Assembly (NCBI GenBank): GCA_044376115.1
Contig: JBILLK010000009.1
Location: 224,001-288,000 of the forward strand
DNA: 64,000 nt
Direction: 5' to 3'
Origin: Polyangiaceae bacterium
Lineage (GTDB): Bacteria > Myxococcota_A > Polyangia > Polyangiales > Polyangiaceae
Shown here: piece by piece, positions 46,326-56,697 of the stretch
Numbering within the stretch: position 1 is the first letter of the stretch
Layout of the letters: every line of letters starts with the position of its first letter
Notes under the pieces: generated by a model
Databases searched by the model: none
Seen by the model: the letters and a program-made list of their open reading frames with translations, nothing else
What the model was told of the DNA's origin: nothing
Position numbers and translations under genes: made by a program

Positions 46326-47144
46326 ATGAAACTTAGCGAGCTCGTCACCTTCGTTACGACCCATGGTTTGGAACTGATCGTAAAGGTCCTAGTTGCGCTT
46401 GCGATGTGGATCGGTGGTCGTTGGCTCGTGGGGTTGGTGTCTCGGATTCTCGATCGAGCCATGCAGCGCGGCGGTAAGGTGGATCCAACGCTAGCGCGGT
46501 ATCTACTCTCCATCGTTCGCGCGGCGCTGACGATTGGTTTGGGTATGGGCATCATCGGCTATCTCGGGGTGGAGACCACTTCCTTTGCGGCGCTGCTCGC
46601 CGGCGCTGGACTCGCGATCGGTACGGCCTGGGGCGGGCTGCTGCAGCACTTTGCAGCTGGCGCTTTCCTTCAGGTGCTGCGTCCGTTCAAGGTTGGCGAT
46701 TATGTTGTAGCCGGCGGAGTAGAGGGGACGGTGGCCGAGATTGGGCTGTTCGGTACAACCCTGCTTACGCCGGACAACGTGACCACGACGGTTGGGAACA
46801 ACAAAGTATTCTCAGAGATGATCAAGAACTACAGCGCGCAGCCCTACCGTCGGGTCGACGCCGTCGCGAAGATCGCCAATGGTGTCGACCCAACTGTCGC
46901 GATGGTCAAGCTGCGCGAGGCCGTCTGTAACATTCCAAACGTGATGAAGTCGCCGGCGCCGGATGTGGAGATCCTCGAGCTGACGGCGGAAGGCCCGAAG
47001 CTGTGTGTTCGCCCTTACTGCCATACAGACCATTATTGGCAGGTTTACTTTGCAACGCTCAACGCAGTGGTCGAAACCTTTGGCAAGGCCGGCTACCCGG
47101 CGCCGGAGACTCCTATCGCTCACCGCGTCGTGTCGAACCCGTAG
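46326..47144 (+). CDS. mscS: Small-conductance mechanosensitive channel
   Basis: Three TM helices, 'SFAALLAGAGLAIG', 'RPFKVGDYV', 'GTV.EIGLF.T.L.TPDN'. Confidence 0.92.
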   Translation: MKLSELVTFVTTHGLELIVKVLVALAMWIGGRWLVGLVSRILDRAMQRGGKVDPTLARYLLSIVRAALTIGLGMGIIGYLGVETTSFAALLAGAGLAIGTAWGGLLQHFAAGAFLQVLRPFKVGDYVVAGGVEGTVAEIGLFGTTLLTPDNVTTTVGNNKVFSEMIKNYSAQPYRRVDAVAKIANGVDPTVAMVKLREAVCNIPNVMKSPAPDVEILELTAEGPKLCVRPYCHTDHYWQVYFATLNAVVETFGKAGYPAPETPIAHRVVSNP

Positions 47145-47186
47145 GGGTCGACGGTGAGCCGGGGCTCTACTTAGATAATCGGACAG

Positions 47187-48326
47187 CTAGCGATAGGCTG
47201 ATTGTGTCGGGGGGCACAGCCAGCCACCAATCTTCAGCGCTGCGCGCAGGTGCAAAGCCAGTTCTTCGCTGGTTCTTAGCTCTTGCGGAGTAACCCACGA
47301 CACCCTGCGATCGGTCAGCAGTAGAGAAGCGTTGTGGCCGGTCTCGACGTCTACCGCGAGCAACTTGCTCGCCAGCTTGGGATTGGCAAACCACTCTCGC
47401 ACGCGCGAGGGCGGCGCTCCGGAAATGCGAAACGCCGCGTCAAAATCGGCGTTTCCGGTCTCGACGTCATCGGTCAGCCAACGCTGCAGAAGTCCGGTGG
47501 GCGCGCTCCTCAAAAGCAGGCCCGGGACGCCAAGCGGCGCGGGCCAACGCAGCTCTATCGCCGTCTGGAGTTCGCTCTCGTAACTCTCGAGCCCAAGCTC
47601 AATCGTAAATCCTGTGTTCGCTCCGGACAGCAGCATGCGCGCCGGGTCGAACTGCAGCCGAAAGGCGTCGGCGCACTGTTGCCACTCGGCTTGTCGCCGC
47701 TTCTCCGCCTCGGTCGGCTGGACTCGCTCGCGCCGCTTTCCCAGCTCGTACGCGGCGGAGGTCGCGCATTCGAGGCATAGCAAAGCGTCTTCCAAGCTCA
47801 CCGCTGACTCGGTCCAGCCAAGCCTCTTGTGAACCGTCACGGTGTCGTCATTGACCCAAAGGCCGTCGTCGATTGCAGCGGCCAACGCGGACAGAAAGCG
47901 TGGGTCGGCTTCGTCGTCCTTGGGCTCCAGCAACTGCTCGATGCGTGGCTGGCCGTCGCCGGTGATTTGCACAACCTGCTCGAATGCCGCCGGCAATCGC
48001 TTGCGTGGCAGCGCCAACGCGCGGCTGAAGACGCTGTGGCGTTCGAGCGAGCAGCCCAAGTGCAGCGGTGGGTCGATCGGCACCACGACGTCGACCCATT
48101 GTTTGCGGTCTCGCGAAGAGGTCGACGTCTCGTATTGCACGAGCAACACAGGGCGGCCCTCCCAGCCACCGTAGAGCCAGTGTCGAGACGAGACTCCCTC
48201 GCTGACCAACGGGCCGAGCGCCCGCTGGTACCAGCGAAAGCTGCGCCGCTCAGCGTAGGGGAAGTACGGCTCGTAGGCTGTGAGCCGGAGTTCTCGTGCG
48301 AGCGCGGACCAAGCGGATTCTGTCAT
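47187..48326 (-). CDS. Hypothetical protein, possibly two related domains
   Basis: Long ORF filling the gap between genes; similar 'W..LA..L.L' and 'W...A..F.L' segment starts. Confidence 0.55.
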   Translation of the reverse strand: MTESAWSALARELRLTAYEPYFPYAERRSFRWYQRALGPLVSEGVSSRHWLYGGWEGRPVLLVQYETSTSSRDRKQWVDVVVPIDPPLHLGCSLERHSVFSRALALPRKRLPAAFEQVVQITGDGQPRIEQLLEPKDDEADPRFLSALAAAIDDGLWVNDDTVTVHKRLGWTESAVSLEDALLCLECATSAAYELGKRRERVQPTEAEKRRQAEWQQCADAFRLQFDPARMLLSGANTGFTIELGLESYESELQTAIELRWPAPLGVPGLLLRSAPTGLLQRWLTDDVETGNADFDAAFRISGAPPSRVREWFANPKLASKLLAVDVETGHNASLLLTDRRVSWVTPQELRTSEELALHLRAALKIGGWLCPPTQSAYR

Positions 48327-48359
48327 GACTGCGGCTTCGATCTTATGCTGCGTATGGGC

Positions 48360-50588
48360 TCACTCGGTTGCATTCAGCCGGAAGCGACCGCGGGCCCAGC
48401 TTTCGATCTTCGCCAATTCACTATCGCTGAGGACGCGATTGGCGACGACTACAGCGCCGAGCGTGCCAGCAAAGCGAGTGTTGGGGCCGTAGTAACCGTT
48501 GCCGTCGAAGCTGCCACCGAGCCGGCTCCAGCTCCGTGGCGTCGAGTAGTCGGCGACGCCCGCGTCAATGCGTGCCCCATCGATCCAGGCGGTGACGGCG
48601 CCGTCCGCGGCGTGCGTCATGCCAACGACATGCACCGCACCGGGGCCCTCTTGTAGACCCTCGCCAGCCTCGATCCGTGCCCAAAGCGGTTCACCCGCAG
48701 GGCCGGTTCCAGCCTCGCGATTAGCCATTAGCAGCGAGCCCTGACTCACCCCAATTGAACTCGAGGGCATCCCTGTCTCGTCGGGGCCGCCGAGCACCGT
48801 TCCCACCGGCGCGTAGCTCTCGTCCCAGCCGCTGGGGTTCGGGAGGTAGGGCATTCGACCGACCCAAAGGACGGTTCGACCGCTCGGCTGTTGCTCGGAG
48901 GTCGCCAGTGCCAATACAGAGGTAGACCCATCAAAGTGGAGTCCCGGAGCGCCAGCTCCGAAGGCGTCCTCGACGCGTACTGGGCGAGCGTCATCCTGCT
49001 CTGCCTGCACCTCGAGCTCAGCCCCTCGTGGCGTCCAGCTGCGCACGGATGGCCCGCGAAAAGGGACGAGGCGCCAGGCTGATTTGTCGTCGCTAACGAA
49101 CGAGTAGTTCCCGCCGGAGTAAAGCAACGAGTCCTCCCGCACGGCCACGCCTTGCGCGTGCGACCCCGGAACCGGCGAGTCGACCGGGAGGGAAGCCCAG
49201 CTCTCACCATCATCGGAGTACCAGGCTTCATTCGCGTTGCCCGCAGCCCAACCGTTCTTGGGATCCCCTTGGGTATAACCAAATAGCGCCCAGAGCTTTC
49301 CGTCCCATACGACGACGTTGTGCCAGCCTTTGCCCGCCCAGGGCGGGTCGCTGTGACGCGTCCACTCAATGCCATCGGCCGTGGACCAAACCTCAGCGTG
49401 AAGTTCATGGCCTGCAACCTCGCGGTAGCGCGCGCAGCCAACGAGCCACATGCGGCCTTGGAACTCGACGAAGCTCTCGACCATCCCGCAGCCGGCCCAG
49501 CGCGCTTCGCTCTCGGGGCCATTGGCTGCGACCTGCGTCCAACGTTCACCGTCGGCGCTGCTCCAAAGGTCGTTGAAGTAGACGTAGTCTTCTTCTGGCC
49601 CGAGCAAGGTTTGCCCCCCTCCCATCCACAGTTTGCCAGCGAAGACGCCAGAGATTTGGAGGGCACGCGGTTGCCAGGGTGGTGCGCCGGGGAGCAGCAC
49701 TTGTTCCCAACTCAAGCCGTCGCTACTGCGCAATACGTCATGGTTGTAGAAGCCTTGATGGGTATCCCCACCGATGATCCAGAGCGCTTCATTGAACAGT
49801 AAGGTGCTATGCACATGACGTCGCTGGAACTGTGAATGCCCATGCTCGAGCTCGAGCGTCCAGGCGACTCCGTCAGGGCTCGACCAAACTTCATTGGTCG
49901 TGTTCTCCGGGGGATAAACCGTGCCGTCCGGTACCGTTGAAAAGCCATTGGGCTCTTGATAGCCGTTCCAGCCGCCGACCATCCAATAGCGGCCTGTCGC
50001 TGGTAGCCAGGTGGTGGTGTTGCCGTCACGCACGCGCCAAGCGGGATCGATCTCAGCCGTGAGCCGCTGCCATTCGTAATGCGTTTGCTCTTCCTCGAGC
50101 GCGAGGCCCGAAGCGGCGTCGAACAAGCTTGCACCCTCGAGCTCGGCCGGGCTCCAAACTTCGAGCGAGTAACTCGCATTGAGACCTTCGCGTTCGACTC
50201 GAAGCGTCGCGTTCGGGCCTGACGCTGGCGGTGAGACGAGCCACAAGCTCGAGTCGGAGAGCAGCTCGAAGGTCGCGGGCGCGCCGTCGATTGAAACCTG
50301 CAGGCTTTGATCGAAGCCTGTCCCTGTGACCCAAAGGCGTGATCCACCGAGCGGGTCGATGAGCGGTGGATCGACCGTTTCGAGCGCAAGCGCGAGCGCT
50401 CCTCCCGCCCCAGCGCTGCCGCCGCTTGCTGCGGCTCCGCCTGTTCCACCACCACCAGCCGACGCGGGGTCTGCATTACATGCAAGCAATTGCATTAGCC
50501 CTAAGCCGCCAAGCCATGCGCGCACGCCTACCGACCGAGCCCGCCGAGCGAGAAAATTCACCTCACCAAGGTATCGGAAAGGCGCCAC
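48360..50588 (-). CDS. Lipoprotein with IPT/TIG, Kelch-like propeller and LamG-like domain
   Basis: Lipobox LLAC, 'VDPP.IDPLGG..L.VTGTGF', repeated 'W.S.DG..W' blades, C-terminal 'F.GTLG.VVV.NRVLSDSE'. Start uncertain. Confidence 0.72.
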   Translation of the reverse strand: MAPFRYLGEVNFLARRARSVGVRAWLGGLGLMQLLACNADPASAGGGGTGGAAASGGSAGAGGALALALETVDPPLIDPLGGSRLWVTGTGFDQSLQVSIDGAPATFELLSDSSLWLVSPPASGPNATLRVEREGLNASYSLEVWSPAELEGASLFDAASGLALEEEQTHYEWQRLTAEIDPAWRVRDGNTTTWLPATGRYWMVGGWNGYQEPNGFSTVPDGTVYPPENTTNEVWSSPDGVAWTLELEHGHSQFQRRHVHSTLLFNEALWIIGGDTHQGFYNHDVLRSSDGLSWEQVLLPGAPPWQPRALQISGVFAGKLWMGGGQTLLGPEEDYVYFNDLWSSADGERWTQVAANGPESEARWAGCGMVESFVEFQGRMWLVGCARYREVAGHELHAEVWSTADGIEWTRHSDPPWAGKGWHNVVVWDGKLWALFGYTQGDPKNGWAAGNANEAWYSDDGESWASLPVDSPVPGSHAQGVAVREDSLLYSGGNYSFVSDDKSAWRLVPFRGPSVRSWTPRGAELEVQAEQDDARPVRVEDAFGAGAPGLHFDGSTSVLALATSEQQPSGRTVLWVGRMPYLPNPSGWDESYAPVGTVLGGPDETGMPSSSIGVSQGSLLMANREAGTGPAGEPLWARIEAGEGLQEGPGAVHVVGMTHAADGAVTAWIDGARIDAGVADYSTPRSWSRLGGSFDGNGYYGPNTRFAGTLGAVVVANRVLSDSELAKIESWARGRFRLNATE

Positions 50589-50691
50589 AGAAGACAGCGA
50601 AGCCCAACCTTGGGCAGATGCGTGAACAGCGCTGGCTTGCGGCCGAGTGCTCCGCCATAACTGCGCGACGATGCGTGTCTTTCAACAGCGA

Positions 50692-52245
50692 ATGGCCCAT
50701 GTTTCGAAGGCCGCGGCAACTAGCCGAACGTTCGTCTATCTGCCCTATGACCAGCTGACGACCGAGGTGGGGCCACTGTCCGCGCTACCAGCGAAGGAGC
50801 GCGGGATCGTCCTGGTCGAGAGCCGCGAGAAGCCCGAGCGTAGGCCGTATCACGCGCAGAAACTCGCGCTGCTGTTAGCGAATCAACGTCAATTCGCCTT
50901 GGAGCAGGCCGCGCAGGGCGCTGACGTGCGGCTCGTAGTCGCGGATACTTTTGCGGCCGCGCTCGAGCCGCTGGTTGCGCAGCTAGGGCCGCTACAAATG
51001 ATGGAAGCTGCCGAGCGCGAGTTGCGCGTCGAACTCGCGCCGTTGGTCGCGGCCCAAAAGCTGACTGTCGTGCCACACGCGGGCTTCCTCTCCACGCCAG
51101 CGGACTTCGCGGCAGCCTGTCCGAGCGCGCCTTACCGCATGGATGCGTTTTATCGCACTATCCGCAAGAAGACGGGCTGGCTCATGGAGAAGGGCAAACC
51201 GCGCGGTGGGAAGTGGAGTCACGACGCGGAGAACCGCAAAGCCTGGAAGGGCGAACCAGCGGCGCCAACGCCTCCGACGTTCGAGGCAGACGCGGTCACG
51301 CTCGAGGTGGTCGAGCTCGTTCGGACTCGCTACGCCCAGCACCCTGGTTCCATTGACGTCGCTTCGCTTCCCACCACCCGCAGCGATGCCGAGCGCTTGT
51401 GGGCATGGGCCAAGCAGGAATGCCTTTCGTGGTTTGGTCCTTTTGAAGACGCCATGTCGACTCGTTCGACCACGCTGTTTCACACGCGCATCTCAGCGCT
51501 CATGAACCTTCACCGACTGCTGCCGCGCAGGGTCTGTGAAGACGTCCTGGCGATGGACCTCCCGCTCGCCAGTCAAGAGGGCTTTATTCGACAGGTGCTC
51601 GGTTGGCGCGAGTTCGTTCGCCATGTGCACCGGGTGAGCGACGGGTTTCGTCGCGGCCCGGGTGGAGAGCCGGGGGGCAAGCCGTCCTTCCTCGGGGCGC
51701 ACGCGCCGTTACCGCCTGTGTTTTGGGGTGGCGCGCCGAGCGGCCTCCATTGCTTGGATACGGTGGTGGAGTCCGTTTGGAAGGAGGGCTACGGACACCA
51801 CATTACGCGCTTGATGGTGCTCTCGAACCTCGCGACGTTACTTGATATAGAACCGCGGGCTTTGGCCGATTGGTTCTGGGTTGCCTACACGGATGCCTAC
51901 GACTGGGTGGTAGAACCGAACGTCCTCGGTATGGGGACCTATGCGGTAGGCGAGCTGATGACTACCAAGCCGTATGTGTCCGGTGCCGGCTACATTGATA
52001 AGATGAGCGACTATTGTAAGTCCTGTCGCTTCGACCCAAAGTCCAATTGCCCAGTTACTCCGCTCTACTGGGCATTCCTTGAACGACATTCGGCGGCCTT
52101 AGTGGAGAACCCGCGGCTCTTCATGCCGATGAATGCGCTGAAGAAGCGTGCTGCGGAGAAGAAGCATGAAGACGCCGCGACCTTCGAGCGTGTGCGGTCT
52201 ACGCTCGCCGCTGGTCACCCGCTCGTTGGGCCAAAGGCCAGGTGA
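50692..52245 (+). CDS. Fe-S bacterial cryptochrome/(6-4) photolyase (PhrB/CryB class)
   Basis: DQL, HAQK, MDAFYR..R, FGPFEDAM, EGFIRQVLGWREF, HHITRLM, WVVEPNVLGM, KPY.SG..YI.KMSDYC..C......C; four Cys ligands. Confidence 0.9.
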   Translation: MAHVSKAAATSRTFVYLPYDQLTTEVGPLSALPAKERGIVLVESREKPERRPYHAQKLALLLANQRQFALEQAAQGADVRLVVADTFAAALEPLVAQLGPLQMMEAAERELRVELAPLVAAQKLTVVPHAGFLSTPADFAAACPSAPYRMDAFYRTIRKKTGWLMEKGKPRGGKWSHDAENRKAWKGEPAAPTPPTFEADAVTLEVVELVRTRYAQHPGSIDVASLPTTRSDAERLWAWAKQECLSWFGPFEDAMSTRSTTLFHTRISALMNLHRLLPRRVCEDVLAMDLPLASQEGFIRQVLGWREFVRHVHRVSDGFRRGPGGEPGGKPSFLGAHAPLPPVFWGGAPSGLHCLDTVVESVWKEGYGHHITRLMVLSNLATLLDIEPRALADWFWVAYTDAYDWVVEPNVLGMGTYAVGELMTTKPYVSGAGYIDKMSDYCKSCRFDPKSNCPVTPLYWAFLERHSAALVENPRLFMPMNALKKRAAEKKHEDAATFERVRSTLAAGHPLVGPKAR

Positions 52246-52250
52246 CGCAC

Positions 52251-53537
52251 TCACTGCTGAAAGCAATAGAGGCGATGCAGGATACCGCAGTTGCCGGAGT
52301 TGTTTTGCGCGTACGTCCAAGCGGTGCCCGTTTGGTCGCTCTGACCGGTCCACACCGAGCCCACGGTGGAGGTCCAGTTAACGCAGTATTCGGGCCCTTG
52401 TTGGTCGCCGTTCGGGGCGGTTGAGGTGAACGGCAGGTTTCCAGGGACTTGCACGCCGAACTCGGTGATGCGGAACGGGCTGCCGATCGTGCCGTCGGTC
52501 AAGTCGGCCCAGTTCGAGGCGATCACCGTGCCGTTGACGTAGGCGTAGGGAATGGAGGCTTGGGTGAAGCGGGCTGCTGCCGAGATGGTGGAGTCGGAGA
52601 GCCACGCGCGGTAGGTACCGGGCAATCCCGCTGCCTGGGCTCGGGTTTGACAGAACGCGTCAGCGCCGGCCAAGCCGCCGATGTTGCCGTTGGTGGTGGT
52701 GCTGGTTGTGAACGCGATTTTGCCGAGGGTGCACGTCCCGACGGTGTTGCAGAAGGCGTCGGCGGCGCAGTCGCTGTGCGCGCTGCACGACGTCTCGCAG
52801 GCAGTGCTGTTACCGGTACAGAGGAAGGCGCCGCACGCTGTCGTGTCGGAAGCAAAGCCGTCGGCGGGGCAGCTCGCTTCGCCGCTGCACTTCTCCTCGA
52901 GATCGCACACGTCAGCGGCCGCCCGACAGACCACCGCGGAATCGAGCAACACGTCGGCGGGGCAGTCGTTAGCGATGCCGTCACAGCTCTCCGCTACGTC
53001 GCAATCCCCAGCCGCCGCGCGGCACTCGGTTTCGACGGCCACTTTGTCATCGGTGGGGCACATACCGTCCACACACGCCTCAGCGAGATCGCAGACCCCC
53101 GCGGCCTCTCGACAGATCGTGGCATCGGGCAAAAGCTCGCAGGCGCCGTTGCCGTCGCAAACGTCGGCGATGCAGGGCGCCCCCGCGCAATCATCGTGAG
53201 GGTCATTGCCTTGCGCTGCTGCCGCGCACGTCCCCGAAGCTTCCCCTGTTTGGTCCTGACTGCAGGCAAAACAAAGGTCGGTGCACGCCGACTCGCAACA
53301 AACAGCGTCGACGCAGAACCCCGAGCCACACTCCTCGGCGGCTCCGCAGGCGATGCCAAGCTCCTTGGGCTCGGCACCACCTTCTCCACCCGACCCGCCA
53401 GCGGCGGCTCCGCCGCCGCCTTCTCCCGCCGTCCCGCCTTGTCCGCCCGTAGAAGGTGAACCTCCACTGCTACTGGAGTCATCGCCACAACCAACGCCCA
53501 ACAAGCCGACGAAAAGACAAGCAAAACGCACGCGCAT
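52251..53537 (-). CDS. Lipoprotein with disintegrin-like Cys repeats and DUF1554 (endostatin-like) domain
   Basis: Lipobox GVGC-GDD, 'CR.AAG.CD.AE.C.G...CP.D' three times, 'GGLAGADAFCQTRA..AGL.GTYRAWLSDS', LYCFQQ. Confidence 0.85.
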   Translation of the reverse strand: MRVRFACLFVGLLGVGCGDDSSSSGGSPSTGGQGGTAGEGGGGAAAGGSGGEGGAEPKELGIACGAAEECGSGFCVDAVCCESACTDLCFACSQDQTGEASGTCAAAAQGNDPHDDCAGAPCIADVCDGNGACELLPDATICREAAGVCDLAEACVDGMCPTDDKVAVETECRAAAGDCDVAESCDGIANDCPADVLLDSAVVCRAAADVCDLEEKCSGEASCPADGFASDTTACGAFLCTGNSTACETSCSAHSDCAADAFCNTVGTCTLGKIAFTTSTTTNGNIGGLAGADAFCQTRAQAAGLPGTYRAWLSDSTISAAARFTQASIPYAYVNGTVIASNWADLTDGTIGSPFRITEFGVQVPGNLPFTSTAPNGDQQGPEYCVNWTSTVGSVWTGQSDQTGTAWTYAQNNSGNCGILHRLYCFQQ

Positions 53538-53618
53538 TTGAACTCCGTTCTGTGACCTGTAGTGGTCCAACAGAACAGTGAGTCAAGTGACTTAATCGAT
53601 CGCAGGAATGTTGACTGT

Positions 53619-54700
<1,082 letters not shown>

Positions 54701-54701
<1 letters not shown>

Positions 54702-55603
54702 CAGACGTCCCTCTTCTTCAACAGGAAGGCCCCAAGCGCGGTGGGGATGCCGCCGAATAGCACACAGCTCAAGAGCCCGAGCGCGACCTTCTCGAAGCTG
54801 GGTGAGAGCAACATGCGATCGTACGAATTCGGATAGAGGGCGCTCAGTACAGCGGCCGTGCTGTCGTCGAGGTTCTTGCTGGAGCTGACGATGATGGCCG
54901 GGGTGAGCGAGCCCACGACGAAGATGAAGAAGAAGGTGAAGCCGACGATCAACAGCGAGGTGAGCGGCGTGCGGAAGAAGGAGCTGACGCACACGGCAAG
55001 GCCGCACCAGGCGCCGATGATCGGCACGGAGGCCAGCCAAAAGCGAATGCCCCAACTGACGACGTTGCCGGCGGAGGTATGCCCCTCGACGATCGCCACC
55101 ACCCACGTCAGAAGGTGCATGGCGAAGGTGATCACGCCGATCGTCGCCCAGAGGCCGAAGAACTTCCCGAGATAGAAGGAGGTCCGTCGCGTTCTCACGG
55201 TCCAATAGCGGATTGAACGGTGCTGGATCTCTCCCGAAATGCCGTCGAACGACGCCAACCAAACCAACGCTGGCGCGAGCCAAACGCAGAGGTTGAACAT
55301 CATCACCAACGAAAGCGGTGCGTCCCCGAGATACTTGCCCATGTCTGCGTCACGGAAGACGTCCGTAAAGACCTGGGCTTGAGCCTCTCTCACCGCCGCT
55401 GGATCCACGCCCTCCAACTTGCGCCGGAAGTAACGAACCAGCATCAGCGAGGTGGCCGTGCCGCCAATGAGCGAGAGCAGCAAAAGGATGATGCCCTTCA
55501 CGCCTCGCAGGTTCTTTTTCACTTCACGGCCGACGATGAGGCCGATTTCACTTAGGGGAGTCACGATTGGCCGGAGTCTCGTCGGGCCTCGTTGGTTGGT
55601 CAA
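54701..55603 (-). CDS. ABC-2 type exporter permease
   Basis: About six TM helices, 'FDGISGEIQHRSIRY', 'FYLGKF', C-terminal KKRDV. Confidence 0.85.
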
Positions 55604-55636
55604 GCGCGCATCAACCGAAGCTCGATTTCTACAAGT

Positions 55637-55912
55637 TCAACTCTCGACGGCCTTTCGTATGGCCAATAGCGCACAGCGCGACCCCGCGAGAACGGCTTGT
55701 ACCGAAGGTGATTGGGCGGTCCACGTTTGTGCGCGCTGTTCGGCCGCGGGCTCGAGGCTCACCTCGGCGAAGCCTGCGCGACGAGCGTAAAGCTCCGCTG
55801 CTTCGCTCGCCTCGGATGCGATCGCGAGCTTGGCCACGGTGCGTTCGATCTGCGCTTGGCCAGCCGCTCCAATCTCACTCACCAGGATTTGGCGCACGAA
55901 GCGTGTGCTCAT
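55637..55912 (-). CDS. 91-aa degenerate ThiF/MoeB-like protein carrying the N-terminal RxxRQ segment
   Basis: MSTRFVRQILVSEIGAAGQAQI resembles MoeB 'RYSRQI.L.EIG..GQ.KL'; 'AELYARRAG'; ATGA overlap with the upstream E1 gene. Confidence 0.7.
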   Translation of the reverse strand: MSTRFVRQILVSEIGAAGQAQIERTVAKLAIASEASEAAELYARRAGFAEVSLEPAAEQRAQTWTAQSPSVQAVLAGSRCALLAIRKAVES

Positions 55913-56667
55913 TCGTACTCTCCGCAGGCCGGACCTGCATAGCGAGCTGCGTCTAACTCGCGGATCGAAGCGGCGCTGCCGCAAAGCTCGCAACCAACGC
56001 GCGTTCGGAAGCTGCGCGCGCGCAAGGTGTCGCTGCGCCCATCGAACGAGAAGAGGTTGGGCGTTGGGGTTTGACCGGCCAAGAGCTGCAGCGTCAGTTC
56101 GGCCGCGAGCGCTCCCGCGACGCCGCAAACGGGGCCGACGATCCCCGCCGTCGCGCAGTCGGGCGCTGGGCCGTCCGGCAGATCCTCGAACAGACAGCGG
56201 TAACACGGCCCGGAAGGTAGGCTCGCTAGCACGGTGGCGACCCAGCGCACCGAGGCCGCAGAAACCAGCGGACGCTGCGCGAGGAAGCAAGCGTCTGCGG
56301 CGAGGAAGCGGGTCGCGAAGTTGTCACTGGCGTCAACCACGAGGCTGGCCGAGCTGGCAAACCCGAGGGCGCTCTCCGGCAAGAAGCGCTCTTCCACCGC
56401 GTGGGTCTCGAGCTCCGGGGCGATCTCCCGGGCTCGGCGCGCGAGCGTAACCGCCTTGGGCGAACCGATATCCGCGTCGGCGAACAGCACTTGCCGATGC
56501 AGGTTCTCGAGCTCGACGCGGTCGTCGTCGACGATCACGAGCTCGAACTTCGACGTCTCCCCGGCGCGGACGGCTCGAGCCAGCGTCAACACGAACGGGT
56601 TGCCGATACCACCGGCTCCGATCAGCAGCACGCGCGGTAGCGAAGTCACCGAATCCGAATACACCAT
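55909..56667 (-). CDS. ThiF/MoeB-family E1-like adenylyltransferase lacking the N-terminal RYSRQ segment
   Basis: GAGGIG, DDDRVELENLHRQ, DASDNF, CYRC, PDCATAG, CELC; no rhodanese domain. Start may be 56676, 56667 or 56649. Confidence 0.9.
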   Translation of the reverse strand: MVYSDSVTSLPRVLLIGAGGIGNPFVLTLARAVRAGETSKFELVIVDDDRVELENLHRQVLFADADIGSPKAVTLARRAREIAPELETHAVEERFLPESALGFASSASLVVDASDNFATRFLAADACFLAQRPLVSAASVRWVATVLASLPSGPCYRCLFEDLPDGPAPDCATAGIVGPVCGVAGALAAELTLQLLAGQTPTPNLFSFDGRSDTLRARSFRTRVGCELCGSAASIRELDAARYAGPACGEYE

Positions 56668-56697
56668 CGGTCCCAAAATGGGCCATCATTCGCCCCG

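Noticed and set aside
21893..52245. A light or singlet-oxygen regulon linking carotenoid oxygenase, fasciclin/ECF and photolyase
   Set aside because: The genes are dispersed. The only similar ECF-like motif (GCATCC-N16-CCGTA near 21908) lies inside coding sequence, and none was seen before the photolyase.
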